Of a stretch of 40,000 bases of DNA, positions 9,801 through 20,100 are shown piece after piece (position 1 is the first letter of the stretch; each line of letters starts with the position of its first letter). Origin of the DNA: Pseudomonas duriflava (GTDB taxonomy: Bacteria > Pseudomonadota > Gammaproteobacteria > Pseudomonadales > Pseudomonadaceae); contig NZ_VLKY01000016.1 of NCBI RefSeq assembly GCF_007830155.1, positions 34,771-74,770 on the forward strand, written 5' to 3'. The notes beneath the pieces are model-generated. The model worked only from the letters and a program-made list of their open reading frames with translations, had not been told where the DNA came from and made no database searches. Made by a program: the position numbers and the translations under genes.

Positions 9801-10002
9801 CCATGATGTCTGGTCCGAGTTGGAGTTTCTATTACCTGTGGGCGAATGGAAGCGCATGGTGCTGGGTATCACTAAGTTGAGCCGAAAGAGCATCATCGAG
9901 GAGATAGGCGCTCTGCGAGGTTCCGCCCTTGACCCGCATGTGCACCTTATGGCGGTACGCGCCCAGATCCTGTGCTCGAAAGATCTGTGGAGGAATGAAT
10001 GA
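6880..10002 (+). CDS. dpdE: SNF2-family helicase, DpdE-like. The likely start is the ATG at 6910, after SD GAGGA at 6901-6905; the track starts at TTG 6880.
   Basis: SNF2 motifs: LLADEVGLGKTIEAG (I), FVVDEMHQL (II, DExH), LLLSGTPLNGN (III), LVCDQGGEDGLNLH (V), VEQRLGRLNRY (VI). It is the first gene of the overlapping dpd restriction operon. Naming follows colinearity with the published dpdD-K order, recalled from memory. Confidence 0.8.
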   Translation: MAEKILVEENMDQGLAVGELVQSSVFSGIGKLSKLDLEKGLGEVAFFESPLNPETRKVRVNLDDVRKTQLYEEAIVYCQDRATGIWRRGRYGGPRPLDRHLVIFRADNNDQEIVEIDEIYCLNLGTNGLLDPSAFLAARSNDAPYFFPLRQGFLEAYIEQRAACCSIGAITSSSVELEPHQIAVVRRVLKDSYPKYLLADEVGLGKTIEAGLIIREHVLQKKFDANVLIAAPASLVTQWHEELKGRFHLGELMSTKHRSEQLIRVCSHEQLVTALGEGGQPSLFVVDEMHQLAPLAWSSEQLSNYRFQVLAKACQAAEATLLLSGTPLNGNERNFLAMLHCLSPEAYEISEAGVQRFIARVKEREWLGGLYSALTPDNSNGALEQALQDLRGKFPEDQELHERIGSLMPLVDLFAEESGEQREQQITGLRHYLGEHYRLHQRMLRNRREMGHLAQLFPGLAGLRRQYWPIQPHSMPLDLLLEEYRSQACRDPDEFQAMSSGEYLDWVDDLLGSPLLVKQRADKFDRQLAATLEATERELLAEISKQASLEQACKDRSLSASLEDWLAENPKGKVVVFCGDEVVADHVAATLGDSLAVGIERNASGRDLQFLLSGGSVRVLVCDQGGEDGLNLHGGQKLAVHYSLPRSFSRVEQRLGRLNRYSANLRGIRPVESLVLMSDHDGLFRRWLDLLDTSVGVFNQTVASLQYVLEEHLEKTWQAVARSGDEELLVCAKQLSGEGGLLDRERRRVKVQEELLALDEDVAKARDFAERISEADEIAEEQIGRMCAWMTRGLNFRLEGDLQQQFRLGFGLDPAERGGRTLVDVKTFIEGCITGIDPESGNPPYTAPMSFLRQQASVQSGVYPFRYGQPFVDSIYELAAGDSRGATCAFLRILNSSSLQAPKIFFHFKWLVTAARPDCTYQEQVIADELLAPAVYGHWIAEDGSLVKAESILKSLEWPYKKPAGAIFQDINLRHDVWSELEFLLPVGEWKRMVLGITKLSRKSIIEEIGALRGSALDPHVHLMAVRAQILCSKDLWRNE

Positions 10003-12464
10003 TTCAGGCCCAATGGAACGCCTTGCAGAGGGCTCTGCTGGCGCCAGAGCATCAATTCGAGCAGACAGTCGTCGAGCCATACTTTCTCCGCCTGCTGATG
10101 GTGTTCGGCGACGCAAAGGCGGGCTCGGCCGATCGCGCCGTCGCTTGTCGTGATGCTTTCGGCTGTGCTCAAGCTCATGGCTGCACTGATTTGCTGCTAC
10201 AAGTGCCTGCTAGTTCCGTTGAAGGGCAACATCTAGCGCGAGTGGGCCTGACTCAAGATCCGTTAACCGACCGGGTCAGGATGGAGACTGCTCTCGAGGA
10301 AGCGGAGTTGGCGGTTTACAGACGTGAGCGTCGCCGAGTCCTGCACCAACCTCAAATAGACGTGGCCTTGAGTAGTGCTTTGGGCCGTGTTGGATTTAGC
10401 AACTACAACGGCCTCGGTCAGCAAGCTGCAGTACGTACATTGCTGACCTCTCCGGATGACAGTACGGTCTTCATCAACCTGCCGACAGGTTGCGGCAAGA
10501 CGCTGGCTGTCCATGCTTTAAGTTTGTTTGCCTATCGACAGAAAGTGGTGCTTGTCATTGTGCCAACGACCGGACTTGCCATCGAGCAGGCCGCGCGTGC
10601 TGGGGAAGTGCTGACGGCTGCAGGATCCGATCACGGCGGTAGCTACGTGTGGATCGGGGGCCAGGAGGAAGCTGAGCGTCGAGAGATTCGTGAGCGTCTG
10701 CATTGCGGCACTCAACGGATCCTGTTCTGTGCGCCCGAGTCCGCCATATCGGGCCTTAGACCATTGTTGTTCGAACTCGCCGGAAAAGGACTGCTGGGTG
10801 CGCTAGTAATCGATGAGGCGCATCTGGTCGGCCAATGGGGGGCGGAGTTCCGTCCAGACTTCCAACTGCTTGCCCCTCTTTTCCACTCCCTCAGAGAGCA
10901 CTCCTCAAGCGCCATCCGAACCTTGTTGATGTCAGCTACGTTTAATTCCGCCGCTCTGGAGGTGCTGAAGGAAGCCTTCGTTCCCGAAGGAGTTCAGGCT
11001 ATTGAGATCAATGGCAGTTTTTTGCGCCCAGAGTTGAACTTCAATGTCCGCCGAGTTATTGCAGAAGAAGAGCACCGGCAGGTTGTCGTGGACTTGCTAT
11101 GGCGTTTGCCTCGACCTCTGATTCTTTACACAACGACCCGGCAGGATGCGCAGAACTGGCGAGACTTGTTGGTCGAGCAGGGTTTCCGTCGGCTTGGCCT
11201 GTTCCATGGCGAAACCAACACCCAGGAGCGCGAACGTCTGATCGGCCAGTGGCAAGATGACCATCTGGACATCATGGTTGCGACGTCCGCCTTCGGCGTT
11301 GGCATGGATAAGAGCGATGTCCGTTCGGTATTGCATGCGGCAGTGCCAGAAAATCTGGATCGTTTTTATCAGGAGGCGGGGCGTGCCGGGCGTGACGGTA
11401 ACGCCTGTTGGTCCTGGTTGGTTTTCTACCCGGGCCAGATAAATGTGGCAGAGCAGATATCACGGGCAAGACTGATTTCCAGTGAAGTGGGATTGGATCG
11501 CTGGAACACCTTGCTGCAGAGCCGTCGACGTAGCAGTGATGGTTGCTTCAGTGTTTCTCTGTCTATGTTGCGCCGAGATTTGAAGCGACGCAGCGAAGGT
11601 AACGCAGAGTGGAACGTACGTACGTTGCTTCTGATGCAGCGTGCTGGCTTGATTCGATTGCGCTATTCACCGCCCGAGGTACCTCACGAAAACGCAGCAG
11701 TAGTCGATACGGAATTGCCTCAGGGCGACAATTACTTTGACCGCATCGATGTACAGATCCTGATGGATGCGCATCAGTCCACAGCCACTTGGCGGCACTA
11801 TGTTGATCCGCAACGTGCCCTTGAACAGCGGGTCATGGCAAACGGTTTCGCCAGTTTGCGCAGATGGCTGGATGATCCGGGCCAGTCGCTGTGCCACCAG
11901 TTAGAAGAGTTCTATCGACTGGATGGCATTAGTCCTGAACGCAGTTGCGGCGGTTGTCCTGGTTGCCGTGCTCAGGGGCGGGGACCCTTTACGCCAACGT
12001 TGAGCGCGTCTTTCCATGTGACTGGCGTAGTAACTCCCCCTATGCCGAAGTGGATGCCGGACTCCCAGTTACTGCGGATTCGCTACCGTACTGAGAGTTA
12101 TCGTAGTGTAACTCCCCGTGCTCTGATTCATAACTGGCGGCGATGGATGGTGGCTCTTCTGCGCAGCCAGCAGGTGCAGGCTGTCCGTGCCAGTCGGGCC
12201 TTGTTGGATGAAATACAGACCGATGCTGGTTTGAAAACACTACCGTTCTGGTGTGCCCTGGAACCTCGCGACAGCGCTGGAAGTTGGACTGAGTTGGTTT
12301 TACTCATGCCGGGGGAAAGCAACCTGCCTGCGGGTGGCTATGAGGTTCCAGCAAGATTGATAGTTGCGCCCGAGACTCTGAGTGATCCGTATCACCCGTA
12401 CCGAAGTTGGTGGGAGTGTGATTCCAAAAGCAAGGATTTAGTCGACTTCGAAAGGGAAATATAA
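9999..12464 (+). CDS. dpdF: RecQ-like superfamily 2 helicase, DpdF-like.
   Basis: NLPTGCGKTLAVHA (I), VIVPTTGL (Ia), LVIDEAHLVGQWGAEFRPDF (II plus the RecQ-type extension), LLMSATF (III), VATSAFGVGMDKSDV (V), FYQEAGRAGRDG (VI). Cys cluster CGGCPGCR. The start overlaps the dpdE stop (ATGA). Confidence 0.8.
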   Translation: MIQAQWNALQRALLAPEHQFEQTVVEPYFLRLLMVFGDAKAGSADRAVACRDAFGCAQAHGCTDLLLQVPASSVEGQHLARVGLTQDPLTDRVRMETALEEAELAVYRRERRRVLHQPQIDVALSSALGRVGFSNYNGLGQQAAVRTLLTSPDDSTVFINLPTGCGKTLAVHALSLFAYRQKVVLVIVPTTGLAIEQAARAGEVLTAAGSDHGGSYVWIGGQEEAERREIRERLHCGTQRILFCAPESAISGLRPLLFELAGKGLLGALVIDEAHLVGQWGAEFRPDFQLLAPLFHSLREHSSSAIRTLLMSATFNSAALEVLKEAFVPEGVQAIEINGSFLRPELNFNVRRVIAEEEHRQVVVDLLWRLPRPLILYTTTRQDAQNWRDLLVEQGFRRLGLFHGETNTQERERLIGQWQDDHLDIMVATSAFGVGMDKSDVRSVLHAAVPENLDRFYQEAGRAGRDGNACWSWLVFYPGQINVAEQISRARLISSEVGLDRWNTLLQSRRRSSDGCFSVSLSMLRRDLKRRSEGNAEWNVRTLLLMQRAGLIRLRYSPPEVPHENAAVVDTELPQGDNYFDRIDVQILMDAHQSTATWRHYVDPQRALEQRVMANGFASLRRWLDDPGQSLCHQLEEFYRLDGISPERSCGGCPGCRAQGRGPFTPTLSASFHVTGVVTPPMPKWMPDSQLLRIRYRTESYRSVTPRALIHNWRRWMVALLRSQQVQAVRASRALLDEIQTDAGLKTLPFWCALEPRDSAGSWTELVLLMPGESNLPAGGYEVPARLIVAPETLSDPYHPYRSWWECDSKSKDLVDFEREI

Positions 12465-12466
12465 GT

Positions 12467-13351
12467 ATGTCGATGGTGAATAATGCTCACCCAGGCAGCA
12501 GTCTGATCCTGCTAAATCTTATTGATCGAGTATTGGTTCGCAGGGGGAAACCAATTGCGCGCACGGAGTTATTGGAGACATTGCGGCCGGAGTTGCTCCC
12601 CAAAAGTGAGACTGGAGCAAAACGTTTTGAGTCGAATCTGGATTTCTGGTTGGAAGAAGGGTTGTGGTTGCAGGACAGCGAGGGAATGATTTTCGCGCCC
12701 CCTCAGGTCAGTGAGAATGATCTTCCGTCGCGTGTATTGCAGTTGCTTATTGATAATGCAGCCACGCGGTCGGAATCGGCTATCTTGGACGGTACTCGCA
12801 CTGAGCCATTTCTTCGTGCAATGACCTGTTTGTTAGCGCAGCGTCGGTACACCTTCATGGGCGGGGAGTCGGTAAGCTCTTCCAATGCCGCCGAGGCGGT
12901 AAATAGCCATCTACCGGGGCGGGGGTTGAATGAGTCTAACGAACTCCCGACCTTTTTGGCCTATGGGGAATTCCTTGGCTTCTTGGAGCCCTTCGGAAAG
13001 GGTTACATTGTAGATCCTACTTTAGCTATCGAACCCTACCTTGAGAGAATTTTCGAAGGCGGGCGAGTACTTCCGTTTAGAGTATTTCTCGAACGTTTGG
13101 GAGGGTACCTACCTCTGCTTGATGAAGGGGCCTATCGTCGATTGTTGGAACCTTGCATGGAAAATTGGAAGCCAGACGCACCATATGAAGTAAGCGCCGC
13201 ACTCAGCCACGCTCTAGTCCGTCTGGAAAGTCTGTTTCGATTACGCTTGGAAAAGTCCTCTGACGATAGTTTGAGTATGCGACTGCTGTTGCCAAATGGT
13301 GTTCAACGCTCCGTAGGTGAGATTCAATACCGTACTGAGGTCGCTGTATGA
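12467..13351 (+). CDS. dpdG: Hypothetical protein; DpdG by position.
   Basis: 294-aa ORF starting 2 nt after the dpdF stop and overlapping the next gene (ATGA). No motif recognised. Assigned purely by synteny. Confidence 0.5.
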   Translation: MSMVNNAHPGSSLILLNLIDRVLVRRGKPIARTELLETLRPELLPKSETGAKRFESNLDFWLEEGLWLQDSEGMIFAPPQVSENDLPSRVLQLLIDNAATRSESAILDGTRTEPFLRAMTCLLAQRRYTFMGGESVSSSNAAEAVNSHLPGRGLNESNELPTFLAYGEFLGFLEPFGKGYIVDPTLAIEPYLERIFEGGRVLPFRVFLERLGGYLPLLDEGAYRRLLEPCMENWKPDAPYEVSAALSHALVRLESLFRLRLEKSSDDSLSMRLLLPNGVQRSVGEIQYRTEVAV

Positions 13352-16300
13352 GTCTGATCAATTACTGGCCAAGTTCGGAACACATTTCCCAGTGCATCCG
13401 TACGGAGGCAGAGGAGTTAGCTGAGCACGTACTCTTAGCGGTGCATGAGCCTATGCAGTTGCTTCGGGTAGGTAACGGAGCAGAGCAGCAATGTACCGAG
13501 GCCGATCTGCTAACGCACTTTCTAGAGGTGGAGAGACCGATTCCCTTGGTCGGGCGTTCCGGCGTAGGAAAATCCCACCTGATTCGCTGGTTGGAAGCCC
13601 AACTAAAACTGCAGTCGCTATCCGCCAACTGGCATATCGTTCGCATTCCGAAGAATGCAAGTTTGCGTCAGGTATTGGAAATCCTTCTGGATGGCTTGGA
13701 AGGAGACGAGTTCGAGAGTGCACGTCTACGGATTCGGTCTGTAGGTGAAATGCTGAGGACCGGAGAGGTAGCTGACTTGCTGTTGACCTTCATGTCACAG
13801 CAATTGCAGCGACTCAACACCCGGATCGCAGAGCAAATTAGCTATTACCGAGAAAATCCGCAGGCCAGTCAAAAATTGTCTGTTGAAGAAAAGCAGCGTT
13901 GGCGAGATGTTAACGCGCATACTACGCCGGGGTGTGGTCTTTCCGAACTGATTACCGACCCTAATTTCAAGAGAAGCTTGCTTGATCCGAAGCATTGTAT
14001 TTATCAGTTCGCAAGCCGGTTGACTCAAGGCGCTACCGATCAAGAGTTAAGTCGAAACGATTACCAGATCAGGGCCGAGGACCTGGATTTCAGTTTCAAC
14101 CTCGATGACCTGTCGCAAAGCGCTCGGCAGTATGTCAGTCGAGCTCAATTGAATACCAATCGGCAAGCCCAAGAGTCCGCAGCAGGTGTATTAAACGAAG
14201 TTTTGGGAGAGTCAACCAGAACTGCTTTTCGTCATTTGTTCAGTTTCAATGGCGGTAGTTTTTTAGACCTCTTTAAAGACATCCGTCGTACCTTGAAACA
14301 TCAGGATCGCACTCTGGTAGTACTGGTGGAGGATATGGCTGCGATTTCTGCTATCGAGGACGTGCTAATCGACAGCCTTCTGGAAGAGGCCGTTAGGGAT
14401 GAAAAGCAAGAACTGTGTACGCTTCGCTCGGCTATCGCGGTAACGGATGGTTATCAAGGATATCTGCGACGGCAGGACACGATTAAAACACGTGCACAGT
14501 ATGAATGGTTGATACGTGATCATGGCCAGAGTCGCGAGCAAACGCTGGAGCGCATTGTTGATTTCTGCGGTCGCTACCTGAACGCTGCCCGTCACGGTAG
14601 TGCAAAACTGAAAGCGTCCTGGTTGGAGCGCTCGACAGACGTCAGTTGGCCGTTAATTTGGGAAGATTCCGAAGGCCCGCCGGAGGAACTCCAGGCATTC
14701 GGCCATTCGCCTTCTGGCGTGCCGCTCTTCCCTTTCAATCGCAACGCGATCAATGCGCTGGCGGATCACTATTGCAGCAACGACGAAGAGTTGAATTTCA
14801 ATCCCCGCCAAGTGTTGAACCAAGTTGTGTTGCGAGTATTACGTGATCATCGGCAGGCGTGCCAGGAGCAGAGATTCCCGCCGGCAGATTTCGCCAATAT
14901 CAAGGCCGGTGCAGGACTGATTGACCTGTATAGACTCGACGAACCAGCACGCTGCGAATCTTTGGCCGCTATCTGGGGGTACGGTTGCCGGTCTATCGCA
15001 GAGTTGCAGCAGAACTTGGATTGGCGCGTAGCAAACGTCTTCGGGCTAAACGCATTGGCATCTTTGTTGGAAGAGGTGCAACCCGTTGGTTTTGTTCGCC
15101 CACCAACGCGGACAGGTACTGGTCCGAAAAAAACTAAACCTGCGGTAGAGCCAGGAGTACTGAAATCCGAGCCTGATCCCGATCAGCACCGATTGGAAGA
15201 GATTGTTTCAGAGTGGTTTCAGCGTACAAAGAAGTTGGAGCAAGACGAATCCAGGGATCTAAGAAACGCCCTGAACAAGATGTATCAGCAATATGCTCAT
15301 CCGGACTGGTTTGGCTTAGGGGCGCGGCCGGAATTACTGCGTGGGACGATTGCTAATATCAATATTCCATTTTCCCTTACTGGGAACAAAGCCACCAATT
15401 TGGTGTGGTTCTGCCAGGAAGCGGACTTTGAGGCCCCTCAAAAGGCAGTTGCTTTGAAGGGCGTAGCGCTGGCGCTTCTGCGTTACGAGAGCGTCAATCG
15501 AAGATCCGCTGGGATAGGTTGGCAATACCCTGGTGGATTCGATGATTACCTGCGCTACCAGAATTTCGCCGCACGTTGGGTTCCGCAAGTTCTACAAACA
15601 CTTTCGCTAATGGAGCGCTCAAAACTTCATGAGGTGATGAAAGAACAATTGAGTCTAGTTCCCATCCTGGGATTATGGAGGACCGCGTCCAATGATCGCC
15701 AGCGACTCAATGAATTGCTCACTCCGGCACAAAAGATTCTGGAGTCATTGCCAAAACCTGCTTCTCCGATACTGCTAGAACTCCGCAAAAGTGCCTTGGA
15801 TGAGTGGGAAGGAAAGCGAGATGCCTGGTTGAAGTTGGTGGCCGCCAATGACCATGGTATGGATGGAGAGTTGGCGCTTAGGTCATTCAAAGAGGCTAGT
15901 AAGACTGATTTTAAGCAGAAGTTGCCAAGGTATGACAAAGAAATCACCCAGGCACTGCAGTCGTCGTTCGATGTGCTGTCCGTTCTAGATGGCTATTCTC
16001 GGCACGAGCAATTTTGCCTCTTGCTGGATGAAATGTCTGAAATTGTTCGTGGCGTAAGTGAAGGCGGGTTGCATTATCCCGCTCAGTTTTCAGACGTGCC
16101 GAATGCCAAGAGGATGCGTGAGGCATTGAACTCTCTAAAAGCAAGCGAGGTTTGGGCGGCAGTCAAGGTTTTCCTCTCATCTTGGAACGAATCTGATTTG
16201 CCCAAGAAGTTGCAGTTGATCAATCAGGTAGACGGTCAAAAACTGGAAGAGGCCGTTCAGACACTGGGTGCGTGGGATAAATTCTATTCCTATGTCTTGC

Positions 16301-16428
16301 CGCGTTTGGAGAATGAGAATCGTCAATCTGGTCTGGACGTCTTGGGGCAGTCACAGGAGAGGGTCACCGGATTGTTGAAGGGGCTGACAGGCACTTTGAA
16401 GGATTTGTTGGAGGCGTGCAGTGAGTAG
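13348..16428 (+). CDS. dpdH: Large P-loop ATPase; DpdH by position.
   Basis: Walker A PLVGRSGVGKSHL and a plausible Walker B RTLVVLVEDMAAI. 1026 aa. Overlaps both neighbours. Confidence 0.6.
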   Translation: MSLINYWPSSEHISQCIRTEAEELAEHVLLAVHEPMQLLRVGNGAEQQCTEADLLTHFLEVERPIPLVGRSGVGKSHLIRWLEAQLKLQSLSANWHIVRIPKNASLRQVLEILLDGLEGDEFESARLRIRSVGEMLRTGEVADLLLTFMSQQLQRLNTRIAEQISYYRENPQASQKLSVEEKQRWRDVNAHTTPGCGLSELITDPNFKRSLLDPKHCIYQFASRLTQGATDQELSRNDYQIRAEDLDFSFNLDDLSQSARQYVSRAQLNTNRQAQESAAGVLNEVLGESTRTAFRHLFSFNGGSFLDLFKDIRRTLKHQDRTLVVLVEDMAAISAIEDVLIDSLLEEAVRDEKQELCTLRSAIAVTDGYQGYLRRQDTIKTRAQYEWLIRDHGQSREQTLERIVDFCGRYLNAARHGSAKLKASWLERSTDVSWPLIWEDSEGPPEELQAFGHSPSGVPLFPFNRNAINALADHYCSNDEELNFNPRQVLNQVVLRVLRDHRQACQEQRFPPADFANIKAGAGLIDLYRLDEPARCESLAAIWGYGCRSIAELQQNLDWRVANVFGLNALASLLEEVQPVGFVRPPTRTGTGPKKTKPAVEPGVLKSEPDPDQHRLEEIVSEWFQRTKKLEQDESRDLRNALNKMYQQYAHPDWFGLGARPELLRGTIANINIPFSLTGNKATNLVWFCQEADFEAPQKAVALKGVALALLRYESVNRRSAGIGWQYPGGFDDYLRYQNFAARWVPQVLQTLSLMERSKLHEVMKEQLSLVPILGLWRTASNDRQRLNELLTPAQKILESLPKPASPILLELRKSALDEWEGKRDAWLKLVAANDHGMDGELALRSFKEASKTDFKQKLPRYDKEITQALQSSFDVLSVLDGYSRHEQFCLLLDEMSEIVRGVSEGGLHYPAQFSDVPNAKRMREALNSLKASEVWAAVKVFLSSWNESDLPKKLQLINQVDGQKLEEAVQTLGAWDKFYSYVLPRLENENRQSGLDVLGQSQERVTGLLKGLTGTLKDLLEACSE

Positions 16429-17179
16429 TCTTGAGCAAAGAGTTTATGCTTTGCGCGAGCAGTTTGAACTAAATCGCTCGGCCGGTGAACTGCGAACCGC
16501 CATTGATGATTGCCAGGAAATTTACGAGAGATTTGTGTCGCTTTCCGAAAGGCTTGATTTGCTGCAGCGCCAATCATCGAGCATTGGGGCTTTACCGGTG
16601 GATGCTCCAGAATTGCTGGATTTGAAATCAGAGTTTAAAGGGCAGATATCTACGGCTCTGGCAAGCTTGGGAGTTTTTTTTGAGGTTTGGCGAAAGAATA
16701 AACAAGTCTCTCGTCAGGACGATTCTCTTGAGAATTCGCGAGTTGCACTTGAAAGTCTGGTTGTTCGATTGGAGAGCAAAATCGAATCCTGCTGGAAAAA
16801 GTGGACCGAACAACTGTACAGCCAGTGCATGGTCGAGAAGGTGATACTGGATAGTCAGCGCGAGATACCGGGTTCCGAACGCGTATACAGCGACTATATC
16901 GAGTTGCAGGGAAGGTTTAAAGATCTAGCAAAGCAAGTACCTGAGACCGTATGGCCTCTTCGCGATTTGATGGACCTTAAAAATCGTATGGAGCAGGTTA
17001 GAGGGGAAATGCAACTCGATCTTCCTGAGAACGTTAAGCGTTTCTTCAAGTTATTAAACCAGCGCGGAAGGTCTACGGGTGTTCCATTGTCGGAGATGGA
17101 CAAGGACACCTTCTGCTGGCTGCTTGAGCACGCCTTGCTAGGTCAGTTCTCCGTCGAACGCAGTAGGAAGCTATTTTGA
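16421..17179 (+). CDS. dpdI: Hypothetical, probably helical/coiled-coil protein; DpdI by position.
   Basis: 252-aa ORF with a GTG start overlapping the dpdH stop by 8 nt. Its stop overlaps the dpdJ start (TGATG). The sequence is rich in E/L/R/Q heptad-like runs, and I recognise no enzymatic motif. Confidence 0.5.
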   Translation: MSSLEQRVYALREQFELNRSAGELRTAIDDCQEIYERFVSLSERLDLLQRQSSSIGALPVDAPELLDLKSEFKGQISTALASLGVFFEVWRKNKQVSRQDDSLENSRVALESLVVRLESKIESCWKKWTEQLYSQCMVEKVILDSQREIPGSERVYSDYIELQGRFKDLAKQVPETVWPLRDLMDLKNRMEQVRGEMQLDLPENVKRFFKLLNQRGRSTGVPLSEMDKDTFCWLLEHALLGQFSVERSRKLF

Positions 17180-20100
17180 TGGAAATATCCCTGGAGCGTT
17201 TGTGTACTGCCCTCGATCGCCTGGAGGAGTTGGAGACGAGTTTGCTGGCCTGGGGGGACACCGGTGGCTTCTTCACAGAAAACGAGATACTTGCGACACT
17301 CGAAGAGGTGCTTCCCGGGGACGATCCCTATGAAGTTCTGCTCGGACTCTGCGATCACGCCATGGTGATCGAGGCTCCCCACCCCGAGGGATTGTCCAAG
17401 CGCTACAGGACGCGAATGGGCGAGGCTGCGCATCTGTACCGCCATCTTCGCCAGTGGTTCCTAAACAAACCGGTCGACCAGGCCCGTACGCTAGTTTCCG
17501 ATTTTCGTTTCGTTCGGCGGCCGCGTAGTTACCCCTGCCGTGATCAGAGTTTGCAGAAACTACTAGATGGCTTGGGCGAGGACGCTTCTGCGCGATTCCA
17601 GCTGCCAATCCGCGCTCTACTGGGATACCAGGAGAACCTGCTTCTGGCCGGCTTTCAGGTGCGTGCCACTACTCGAGTCCTGCAGGCGTCTAAGGATCGG
17701 TCCATCCATGCTGCCGGCAGCATAGTCTGTGCCGGCACTGGTAGCGGCAAGACCTTGGCTTTCTATTTACCAGCCTTGGCTGCCTTATGCAGTCAATTGG
17801 CTGAGGATGCTTCCTCGCGAGTACGCATTCTGGCGATCTACCCGCGGCGTGAACTGCTGAAAGATCAGTTCATGGAGACTTGGAGCCAATGCCGAAAATT
17901 GGACGAACTAGTCAAGTCGCAGTCAGGCCGAAAGATTTCCATTGGGGCATTTTTTGGCGACACGCTGGAGAACACCAATGTTGCCCATGAGGCCGCAAAA
18001 AAGTTCAACGGCAATTTGCCGTTCGACTTGTTGCGTTGCCCTACGAAGGATTGCTCCGGAAAAATGGAATGGCGTCTGGAGGGTTCTGTCACGCAACGCG
18101 AAGAACTGCACTGCAGTCGCTGTGATCATTATGTACCTCATGATGAGGTTCGATTGACTCGGCGGTCTCTGGCTGCTGCACCACCGGATATCCTCTTCAC
18201 GACGACTGAAATGCTGAATCAGCATCTTGGGAACTATGCATTCCACCACTTATTCGGGGTAGGTAACTGCGAGGGACCCACGCTAGTGCTGCTGGATGAG
18301 GTGCATACTTATGAAGGCAGTAGCGGAGCGCAGACGGCCTATCTGCTTCGGCGTTGGATGAAGCGAAGTGAATGCCGGCCACACTTCGTTGGACTTTCCG
18401 CTACTTTGAGCGACGCACCTGCTTTTTTTTCCGAGTTAATCGGGGCGAAAGAAGGTCATGTGGAGTTGATCGAGCCTCTTGCGGATGAGATGGTGGACGA
18501 GGGCGCCGAGTATCTCATGTTATTGCGCGGGGATCCGGTTTCCCAAACTGCATTGCTCTCCACCACCATTCAGGCCGCTATGTTGACTCGGCGTATCCTG
18601 GATAATCGTGACAAGAGATCGCGTGGAACATGGGGAAGTAAAACTTTCGTTTTTACCGATGATCTGGATGTCAACAATCGACTCTATCACCAGCTTGCAG
18701 ACGCTGAAGGTTGGAAAACCAGGGGCGCGCAGTTGGTGCCGGATCATGAACCGCTGGCAAGCTTGAGGGGAAGCGGTCGCTATCTGGATTTTCCAAGCCG
18801 CCTTAAACGCATTCAGTTAGGCCAAGACTGGCAAATAGGCATGGATATCGGGCATTCGCTCGACAATGATGATCGCGCTCGGGTAGGCCGGACCTCTAGT
18901 CAGGACTCTGGCGTCGACCCTAACTCCGAGATCGTGGTGGCTACTGCTTCGCTGGAGGTCGGCTTTAACGATCCATCGGTTGGGGCGGTTTTGCAGCATA
19001 AGGCGCCGCGAAGCGTTGCGTCCTATCTGCAGCGCAAGGGACGTGCTGGGCGCCCCCGCGGGATGCGCCCATGGACCCTCGTTGTGCTTTCTGAGTTCGG
19101 TCGAGATCGAGTTGCTTTCCAGCGTTACGAGGAGTTGCTTACCCCTGAAATCAAGCGACAGAGGTTGCCACTTCAGAATGGGCATATCCAGAAGATGCAG
19201 GGGGCAATGGCGACGCTGGATTGGCTAGCGATGCTGCTGAAGGAGGGGTCGGTTTGGAGAATCCTGAAGTATCCCAAAGGATCGTCTGCACAACTGACGA
19301 CCTTGCTCTCGGCCGTTGAGCAAGTACTGCAACCTGGTGGAATGCAGGACCGATATTTTGGTTATTTGAAGGACGCGTTGCGCATAGATGAGGCAGCCTT
19401 GCAGCAAGTTCTGTGGGCTTCACCGCGATCATTGATGTTGTCTTTTTTGCCGACGCTTCGGCGGCAATTGAAAACGCTGTGGTGCGAGTATGGAGAGAAG
19501 TGGAAAGAACTCCCCCGAGGCCGCTCTCCGATGCCGGCTTTCATTCCAGAGGCAATGTTCGCCGAATTAAATATTCCTAACCTATTCGTGTCTTTGCAGC
19601 GTGGGGAAGGTAGTGATGCAAAATGGGAAGGACTGCCATTTTATCAGGCTTTGCGCGAGTTCTCTCCCGGCAGGATTTCCAAGCGTTTCGCTATCAAGTA
19701 TGACCTGGCTGACTGGCTGATCCCGGAGGGATTTCAGCCCATTGCCGATACCCTACAACAGGTTGACTTTGAGATTGCGGAAGCATTCGGAGAGTACCTA
19801 CAGAACGAAGGGGCGGTGGCTGCGGGATCTGATGCAGAATTGTCTGTGGTGCGGCCACGGGAAATACATACCCGCGCTCTGCGCAAGGCGAGTGGGTTGA
19901 CGGAAAAGAGTAATTCCCGCCTGCGTTGGGATTCGGAATTCATCTTGGCCGAACATACAACTGTTCAGAAGCCACCGATGGGAAGTTGGGGGAAGCACCT
20001 GATTGATGTGGCGTTTTGCCTTCATCAACAAATGACGCCGCTTGAGGTGGTGCGCTATAGCAAAGGAGCTGACGCCACGCTGCGTTTTCGCAGCGGCCAA

